Below are positions 58,234 through 64,000 of a stretch of 64,000 bases of DNA, in pieces. Location of the stretch: NCBI GenBank assembly GCA_964572145.1, contig CAZNES010000005.1:21642-85641 (forward strand), given 5' to 3'. The position numbers and the translations under genes are program-made. Under the pieces are notes generated by a model. The model was not told the origin of the DNA. It made no database searches and saw nothing but the letters and a program-made list of their open reading frames with translations. Source of the stretch: an uncultured Syntrophobacteraceae bacterium (GTDB taxonomy: Bacteria; Desulfobacterota; Binatia; UBA9968). The first letter of the stretch is position 1; each line of letters starts with the position of its first letter.

Positions 58234-59016
58234 TCAACGCAGCTTAAATTTTTCGCGCAGGCTCTCCCACGAATCATACGCGCAAAGGTTCTGCAGCATC
58301 GTCGTCGTTGGCGGGAGGAGCGGCAGACTTCGATTGGCTTCTTTCAGTGCGAGCTGCGGGGTGGTCCAAAGACTATCGGCGACTTCTTCGGAGCGGGAGA
58401 GCGCTGTTTGACCGGTGGGAAGTGAAGCAAGATAAAAACGTGTATCGAAGCGCATCGGATAGAATTCCGGCGTGACGCGGTGAGAAAAGTAAACCGCGCG
58501 AGCGAGATCGCAGAATAGATTTTCCGCGTCAAGGAATGAGCCGAAGTCCAAAGTTCCCGCAACGAGTGCTTGGCGTTTTTTTTCCAACCGCTCGCCGTCC
58601 TTCACATCCGGCGCCGCGCCGCTCTCCGTGACGCAGAGGAGAATTCCGACTTCCTCGAACAACTCCCGGATGACCGCGACCCAGTGCGCCAAAGAAAGCT
58701 CCGGGCTCAGATCGTCTCCGAGAATTTTTCGCGCCTCTGGTGCCGAAAGCCCGCGGCAGCGCCGCAAGGTTTTCTCCGACCGATCTTCCGGTCCGACGCT
58801 GCCTCCCGGAAAGACGTAAAATCCTCCCAGAAATTTCATTTCATTCGGACGGCGGGTCAGCAGGATCTCAAATTTCCCGTCCGGATCGGGGCGAATCAGC
58901 AGCACCGTGGATGCATGTTTGGGGTTTCTGAGCGCCATCGAAATCCATCCTATTACGTTCTTCCATCGGATTCGAGTTCGAAGCTGTCCGGCTTGATCCG
59001 AAAATCGAATTCCCAT
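58234..59016 (-). CDS. NUDIX hydrolase
   Basis: Nudix box 'GGSVGPEDRSEKTLRRC...VIRELFEEVGILL'. The start is uncertain (59016 or 58938). Confidence 0.75.
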   Translation of the reverse strand: MGIRFSDQAGQLRTRIRWKNVIGWISMALRNPKHASTVLLIRPDPDGKFEILLTRRPNEMKFLGGFYVFPGGSVGPEDRSEKTLRRCRGLSAPEARKILGDDLSPELSLAHWVAVIRELFEEVGILLCVTESGAAPDVKDGERLEKKRQALVAGTLDFGSFLDAENLFCDLARAVYFSHRVTPEFYPMRFDTRFYLASLPTGQTALSRSEEVADSLWTTPQLALKEANRSLPLLPPTTTMLQNLCAYDSWESLREKFKLR

Positions 59017-59023
59017 AGCTTAG

Positions 59024-59683
59024 TTGACCGTGGCGCCTGAGCTGAGCGATATCTCCGTAGCCGGAATGCATCACGACGGCCGTCTGCTTTGGCTCGCCGT
59101 GCCGGAGCATCGTCTGGTGGCGACGCACGATCCGGCAAGCGGAAGAACCGAGACAAAGCTCACTTACGACCACGAAGTCTGGGACGTCTCGCCGACCGAG
59201 ACGGGCCTGTGGTTGTTGACCGGCGGGGGAAAGCTCGACCGGCAAATCGTCTTCTGGTCGTTTGCAGAGGACAAGGCGACACGCACCTTTGGCTGCCCCG
59301 AGGGCGCGGCGGCGGGCGCGACGCTCGTCGACGGCAAGCTCTGGATCACGCACCGCAACAACCGCAAGCTCTACTGCCTGGACCCGGAGACCGGCAAGAC
59401 GAATTGGATCATTAAGACGGAGAATGAAACGTTCAGCCCGGCAACGCACAGGCATGATTTGTGGCTGATCGAATTGGAACCTGGGCCGTTGGCGCACTGG
59501 GGCGAGAAGCGCCACGGAAAATATTTTTTTTCCCGCTACGATCCGGCGCGCGAGCTGGTGGTCGAGCGTCTTCCGGTCGATTTCATCCCGCAGTGCATGG
59601 CGTTCGACGGCGAGCGCTTCTGGTACGCGGAAGCCGAAAAGAACGGAATCGCTTCAACGGAAAAGGACCTGCGCCAGATCTGA
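59024..59683 (+). CDS. Hypothetical protein (beta-rich; no family recognised)
   Basis: 219-aa ORF with G/C-rich third codon positions. Divergent from the NUDIX gene. Confidence 0.5.
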   Translation: MTVAPELSDISVAGMHHDGRLLWLAVPEHRLVATHDPASGRTETKLTYDHEVWDVSPTETGLWLLTGGGKLDRQIVFWSFAEDKATRTFGCPEGAAAGATLVDGKLWITHRNNRKLYCLDPETGKTNWIIKTENETFSPATHRHDLWLIELEPGPLAHWGEKRHGKYFFSRYDPARELVVERLPVDFIPQCMAFDGERFWYAEAEKNGIASTEKDLRQI

Positions 59684-60508
59684 GCGGAACTTTCTTGTCG
59701 ATTCATCATCGTCGCCGAGCACTTCAAAGATCTTGAGCATCGCTTTGCGCGCGCCGTCGTCGCGGAAGCTCCGGTCTTTTTTGATGACGGACAGAAACTC
59801 CGCCAGCGCTTCTTCGTAGCGCTCGTGCGCGGCCAGTGCTTGAGCCAGCTCGAACCGTTTCTCCAGATTGTCGGGGTCCGAAGCCAGGGCCGCGCGTAGT
59901 GCCGCCTCGTCTTGACCGGTCGCCGTTTTGAGCGTCAGGCGGGCGATGAGCCGGTCGGCCTGTTTGCGCGCGGGATCGGTGACCGGCACTTTTTCGAGCG
60001 CTTCGAGCGCTTTTTTTTCTTCGCCCGCGGCGGTGAGAATGCGCGCCAAGCCGATAAGCGCCCTGGAATGATTCGGCGCCGATTGTAGGATCATCTCATA
60101 GAGCGCCTTGGCCTCGTCCGTTTGCCCGGCTTTTTCCAACTGCTCCGCCTCCACGGCGTCGCGGTCCGACTCCGTCGGCAAAAAGCGGGACAACAATTCG
60201 CGCACGGTGCCCTCGGGTAACGCGCCGGTAAATTCCCCCGCCATCCTGCCATCCTTAAAAACTTTGACCGCGGGGATTCCCTGAATATGAAAGAGCGCCG
60301 CCAGCTCGGGATTTTCGTCCACGTTTATCTTCGCGAGGATGAAATCTCCTTGGTGCTCTTCTGCGAGACGCTCCAGTACCGGGCCGAGCACTTTGCAGGG
60401 GCCGCACCACGGCGCCCAAAAATCGACGACCACCGGGGCCTGTTGAGAGCGCTCCAGAACTTCCGTCTCAAAGTCCTCTTCGCCGACTTCGACCGTCCAC
60501 GGGTTCAT
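59654..60508 (-). CDS. Thioredoxin-domain protein with C-terminal TPR region (YbbN/CnoX-like)
   Basis: '[18 protein letters not shown]' plus an Ala/Leu-rich TPR-like C-terminus. Confidence 0.88.
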   Translation of the reverse strand: MNPWTVEVGEEDFETEVLERSQQAPVVVDFWAPWCGPCKVLGPVLERLAEEHQGDFILAKINVDENPELAALFHIQGIPAVKVFKDGRMAGEFTGALPEGTVRELLSRFLPTESDRDAVEAEQLEKAGQTDEAKALYEMILQSAPNHSRALIGLARILTAAGEEKKALEALEKVPVTDPARKQADRLIARLTLKTATGQDEAALRAALASDPDNLEKRFELAQALAAHERYEEALAEFLSVIKKDRSFRDDGARKAMLKIFEVLGDDDESTRKFRSDLAQVLFR

Positions 60509-60543
60509 GAGATTTCTAGCCCGGATGATTCACGGCCAAACAT

Positions 60544-60656
60544 GTGGTTAAAAAGTTTATCACCACGTCAGCCACCAAACTTTGGCTGATCCGTCTGCGC
60601 CAATGGACGCATCCGTCCGAGGCCCTGTGGCGGACTTTGGCGGAAAGAGCACGAAG
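60544..60656 (+). repeat. Mosaic intergenic repeat, copy C (m3+m4 with a ~40-nt internal insertion + truncated m5)
   Basis: gtggttaaaaagtttatcaccacg|tcagccaccaaactttggctgatccgtc[...]tttggcggaa|agagcacgaag. Confidence 0.8.
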
Positions 60657-60670
60657 ATCAATAATTCCGG

Positions 60671-60946
60671 CTATCGAGCCCCGCCGTACTTCGGGTCGTT
60701 GCTGATTATTTTCTTGGCGAAATTTTTTATCTGGGCGGCCACGGGTCGGATCGAGTAGAAGGTGGTCTCCCAGATTTCGTCTTCGGTTGCGCCGAGCTTG
60801 CGCGCTCTGTCGAGATGAAGCTTGGCGCCGTACTCGTGTCCGATGGCGAGGTTTACTGCAAGACGGATGAGCTGCGCCACCTTGGGTTCCAGAGCGCCTT
60901 CTTTGTACTCGATGCCGAAAAATTCCATTGGTTTAACCATGGTCAT
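60671..60946 (-). CDS. Carboxymuconolactone decarboxylase (AhpD-like) family protein
   Basis: 91 aa with 'LEPKVAQLIRLAVNLAIGHEYGAKLHLDRARKLGATEDEIWE'. Confidence 0.75.
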   Translation of the reverse strand: MTMVKPMEFFGIEYKEGALEPKVAQLIRLAVNLAIGHEYGAKLHLDRARKLGATEDEIWETTFYSIRPVAAQIKNFAKKIISNDPKYGGAR

Positions 60947-61126
60947 TCTCCTCCTCTATTCGCTGGGATTGCTTTTCTAGTTTCAATATAGTGACCTTCG
61001 CCGGCATTTTCCACCGCACAGCTTCTCCGGTTGACAGGTGAGGAGCTTGGCTTTAGGCTTTATACTGATGGTGATGGTCCGCAAATCTTTGTCTGGATGG
61101 CGCCGCCGGCAGCTTGAGGAGATCCT

Positions 61127-62218
61127 TTGAGAGCGAATCTGGCTCGAAAGGTGCTCAGCGTCGCTCTGATGCTGATCTTTGTTCTGGCGGTGTTCGGTTA
61201 TTTGTTTTACCGGGTGTCTCCAGGGCGGAAAGAGACGATGGCCTGGGAGGCCATCGTTTTTGAGGGGCTCTTCTTCCTGTTTGTTTTTCTCTGGAATCTC
61301 GCGGTCCTGCCTCATTGGAAATCGGCCAAGACATTGTCCTTGGGTTCTCTCCTTTTGCTCGTCGGGAGCTTCGCCGACGCTTACGATAATTTTTTCATTC
61401 AACCGCGCTGGGAAGATTGGTTCATTGAAAACCTTTTCCTGACATTGGGCGCAGGGCTGTTTGGATTAGGAATCTGGTTCTGGGTTCAGGACAAGGAGCG
61501 CCTCTTGGGCGAGCTCGAAAGGCAGCGCGACTTCGAGGCTTCGTTGATCCCCAAGCTCTCTCACGATCTCAGGGTGCCGGTCAGCAACTTGATCGGCATG
61601 ACCGGGGTGGTGGAGGAGAATCCAAAAATCTTGGATGATTTCACCGGACGCCGCGAATACTTCGAGCTCGTTTTGCGGGCGGCAAGCGAAATGACGTTTC
61701 TAATCGACAATGTTCTCGAAACCTACCGCATCAAATCGGATACTCTGAGACTGAGTCCAAGCGCGACCTTTCTCATCGAGATGCTCGATGAATCACTGAA
61801 GGATTTTTACTACCAGGCAAAAAAGAAGCAACTCGTCATGGTCAAGGACTTTCCGGACCAAGACGTGCCGCTGGTGGCGGACCGGGTCAAAATTGTCCGG
61901 GTGATGCAAAATCTATTGGCCAACGCGGTCAAGTTTTCTCCGCGCGGCGGAAAGATCACGATACGGGCGCGGCCCCAGGACGGCCGGATAACGATCCGGG
62001 TCGTGGACGAGGGGCCGGGCGTTCCGAAGGAGCTACTCTCGCCGCTTTTCGATAAAGGCGTTGCGTCTCTACGGAGGGAATCCGACGCCGGAGACGGATT
62101 CGGTCTCGGGCTCAAAGTGGTGCGGGAATTCGTGCGCCTTCACGGCGGCCGCTTCTGGATCGAGGCCAACTCGCCCCAAGGCGCGCAGTTTTGCTTCTCG
62201 TTGCCGCAACGGCAATAA
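61127..62218 (+). CDS. Membrane sensor histidine kinase
   Basis: N-terminal TM helices, H-box 'LSHDLRVPVSNLIGM', then HATPase 'NLLANAVKF', 'VVDEGPGVP' and 'GFGLGLKVV'. Confidence 0.85.
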   Translation: MRANLARKVLSVALMLIFVLAVFGYLFYRVSPGRKETMAWEAIVFEGLFFLFVFLWNLAVLPHWKSAKTLSLGSLLLLVGSFADAYDNFFIQPRWEDWFIENLFLTLGAGLFGLGIWFWVQDKERLLGELERQRDFEASLIPKLSHDLRVPVSNLIGMTGVVEENPKILDDFTGRREYFELVLRAASEMTFLIDNVLETYRIKSDTLRLSPSATFLIEMLDESLKDFYYQAKKKQLVMVKDFPDQDVPLVADRVKIVRVMQNLLANAVKFSPRGGKITIRARPQDGRITIRVVDEGPGVPKELLSPLFDKGVASLRRESDAGDGFGLGLKVVREFVRLHGGRFWIEANSPQGAQFCFSLPQRQ

Positions 62219-62229
62219 AAAATCAGACA

Positions 62230-62249
62230 ACAGGCATTAGGCAGTAGGC
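62230..62249 (+). repeat. 20-nt direct repeat ACAGGCATTAGGCAGTAGGC (7-nt periodic), left copy
   Basis: Identical 20-mer at 63335..63354. The two copies bracket the SBP gene. Confidence 0.9.
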
Positions 62250-62268
62250 CATAGTAAGAAAGAAAACC

Positions 62269-63252
62269 ATGAAGAAAAAAATCTTTTGCATCGCTCTATG
62301 CACCATGCTCTTTGCGCTTAGCGTTTCCACCGAGGCGCAGCAGCCGACAAAAATCCCCCGGATAGGATTCCTAAGTGCAACTTCGCTTTCCATTATCTCG
62401 GCCCGCATCGAGGCTCTCCGCCAAGGTCTGCGCGAGCTTGGATACGTGGAGGGGAAAAACATTGTCATTGAGTGGCGATCTGCGGAGGGAAAGGCTGATC
62501 TCCTCCCCGCGCTCGCGGCCGAGCTAGTGCGCCTCAAGGTAGACATCATCGTCGCGGCTGGTACCACAGACACGCGTGCTGCCAAGGAAGCGACGAATAC
62601 CATTCCCATTGTCATGACCCAGGATACCGATCCCATTGGAACCGGATTCGTCGCCAGCCTAGCGCGGCCGGGAGGAAACATTACCGGGTTGTCCACCCTT
62701 GCTCCGGAGCTAAGCGGAAAACGACTGGAGATTCTGAAGGAGATCATTCCTAAGCTTTCCCGCGTGGCCGTCCTGGGCAATTCGACACGACTGGGCAACG
62801 CACAATCGTTAAAAGAAGTGGAACTCGCCGCCGGAGCATTCAAGGTGCAGGTTCAATATCTAGACGTACTCGATGTTAAGGATATTGAGACGGCATTCCG
62901 AGCCGCAACGAAGGGGCGTGCAGAGGCAGTCCTCGTGCTGCAGAGCCCCATCTTCTTTTCTCAGCGAGCACAGATTGCAGAACTCGCGGTAACGAGCCGG
63001 CTCCCGGCGATATACCCACAAACGGAATATACGGAAGCCGGTGGCCTCATGTACTATGGCGCGAATACTCCCGACTTGTTCCGGCGCGCCGCTACGTACG
63101 TGGACAAGATACTGAAAGGCAGAAAGCCCGCCGATCTCCCGGTGGAACAGCCGATGAAGTTCGAGTTCATCATCAATCTGAAAGCGGCGAAGCAGATCGG
63201 CTTGACGATTCCGCCAAACGTGCTGGTGCGGGCGGATAAGGTGATTAAGTGA
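62269..63252 (+). CDS. ABC transporter substrate-binding protein (ABC_sub_bind family)
   Basis: Signal peptide, 'IPRIGFLS', 'VDIIVAAGT' and 'LPVEQPMKFEFIINLKAAKQIGLTIPPNVLVRADKVI'. Confidence 0.85.
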   Translation: MKKKIFCIALCTMLFALSVSTEAQQPTKIPRIGFLSATSLSIISARIEALRQGLRELGYVEGKNIVIEWRSAEGKADLLPALAAELVRLKVDIIVAAGTTDTRAAKEATNTIPIVMTQDTDPIGTGFVASLARPGGNITGLSTLAPELSGKRLEILKEIIPKLSRVAVLGNSTRLGNAQSLKEVELAAGAFKVQVQYLDVLDVKDIETAFRAATKGRAEAVLVLQSPIFFSQRAQIAELAVTSRLPAIYPQTEYTEAGGLMYYGANTPDLFRRAATYVDKILKGRKPADLPVEQPMKFEFIINLKAAKQIGLTIPPNVLVRADKVIK

Positions 63253-63334
63253 ACAGAAGGCTCAGCCACAAAGAAAGGCTGATCCGCCCCCGCCACAATG
63301 CACGGCGGGTCCGCCTCAGGAGGATCTGGCGGAA

Positions 63335-63366
63335 ACAGGCATTAGGCAGTAGGCAACAGGCAATAG
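63335..63366 (+). repeat. Right copy of the 20-nt direct repeat, extended by further 7-nt units (aacaggc aatagg)
   Basis: acaggcattaggcagtaggcaacaggcaatagg, read directly. Confidence 0.9.
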
Positions 63367-63451
63367 GAAGAGAAGCCAAGGATCAGGCCGCAAACGCGCG
63401 TGAAGTTCGAAGAGATAGCGAGATATTTTTTCTTTGCACTCTTTGTGCCTG

Positions 63452-63569
63452 ATGATCCAAACTTCGTGTGCTTCGTGCTCTTCGTGGTGAGGAGATTTTA
63501 ACCACGAAGGATCAGCCTTAAAAACTGTGGCTGATCCGTCCTCTGGCGGACACGAAGGTCTCGAAGGAA
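63452..63569 (-). repeat. Mosaic intergenic repeat, copy D (inverted orientation; m1+m2+m3+m5, lacks m4)
   Basis: The reverse complement reads ctttccttcgagaccttcgtgtccgccagaggacggatcagccacagtttttaaggctgatccttcgtggttaaaatctcctcaccacgaagagcacgaagcacacgaagtttggatcat. Confidence 0.85.
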
Positions 63570-63585
63570 AGTCAAAAATAGGACG

Positions 63586-64000
63586 ATGGCCAGCAAGATT
63601 CTCATCGTGGACGACGAGCCGTTCAACCTGGATCTTCTCGAACAGGAATTGACCGATCGCGGATATTCCATCGAAAGAGCCGGCAGCGGCGCCGAGGCGC
63701 TCGGCAAATTCGAATCGTTCCATCCCGATCTCGTTCTCCTCGACTATCAGATGCCTGACATGAACGGGATCGACGTCTTGAAGGAGCTGCGCAGCAGGGG
63801 CCACGAAACGCCGATTGTTCTGGTCACAGCCTATGGAAGCATCGAGCGGGCCGTGCAGGCGATGAGGGAAGGGGCCTACGATTTTATTCCCAAGCCTTTC
63901 GAGCCGGATCATCTGGCCCTGGTTGTCGAGAAGGCTTTGGACCGGGAAAAGCTCAGGAGAGAGGTCGAAATTCTCTCGGAGGAAGTCAGCGAGCGGCACC
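63586..64000 (+). CDS. Response regulator receiver domain, probably NtrC-family (3' end outside the window)
   Basis: My own translation: MASKILIVDDEPFNLDLLEQELTDRGYSIERAGSGAEALGKFESFHPDLVLLDYQMPDMNGIDVLKELRSRGHETPIVLVTAYGSIERAVQAMREGAYDFIPKPFEPDHL... It is absent from the ORF track because it has no stop codon. The antisense track ORF 63316..63999 is spurious. Confidence 0.85.
   Translation, partial: MASKILIVDDEPFNLDLLEQELTDRGYSIERAGSGAEALGKFESFHPDLVLLDYQMPDMNGIDVLKELRSRGHETPIVLVTAYGSIERAVQAMREGAYDFIPKPFEPDHLALVVEKALDREKLRREVEILSEEVSERH

Overview
This is a 64-kb chromosomal window from a high-GC diderm bacterium, as shown by Kdo/LPS-transport genes, an OmpA-family protein and sigma-54. The GC level is judged by eye, not computed, and the taxon cannot be assigned from sequence alone. 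Most of the window is housekeeping or metabolic. It includes glmU-glmS, rlmE, moaB-moaD-moaE, hemW, olsB/olsA-like lipid genes, coxS/M/G-like genes and several amidohydrolases. A long collinear minus-strand supercluster runs kdsB-pyrG-kdsA-kdsD-kdsC-lptC-lptA-lptB-rpoN-hpf-ptsN-rapZ-HPr-metK-ahcY (48.9 kb down to 35.6 kb). Accessory DNA sits in compositionally deviant islets. (1) At 0.8-4.4 kb, a PstI/BsuBI-type R-M pair plus an uncharacterised 271-aa gene. The R-M pair is bracketed by a diverged direct repeat of the 3' end of the neighbouring amidohydrolase gene. (2) At 5.9-6.65 kb, a secreted SNase-like nuclease. (3) At 29.4-31.1 kb, a BrnT/antitoxin-like module bracketed by a 329-bp direct repeat of the 3' part of an SRPBCC gene. 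It is followed by a GC-rich attC-like palindrome and a C-terminal relic of an integron-integrase-type recombinase. (4) At 48.9-53.5 kb, a second BrnT/BrnA module whose toxin carries an amber codon at codon 5, a very GC-rich segment with a deazaflavin-dependent nitroreductase-like gene, and an IS91-family element carrying a tyrosine recombinase. Intergenic DNA holds several families of palindromic or mosaic repeats. No rRNA, tRNA or CRISPR array was seen. The most notable observation is that two different addiction-type modules (R-M and TA) are each inserted inside the 3' end of a host gene, with long allele-like target duplications and no recombinase. The uncharacterised gene next to the R-M pair has UDG-superfamily-like motifs and is the best candidate for an undescribed defence component. 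That assignment is inference only.
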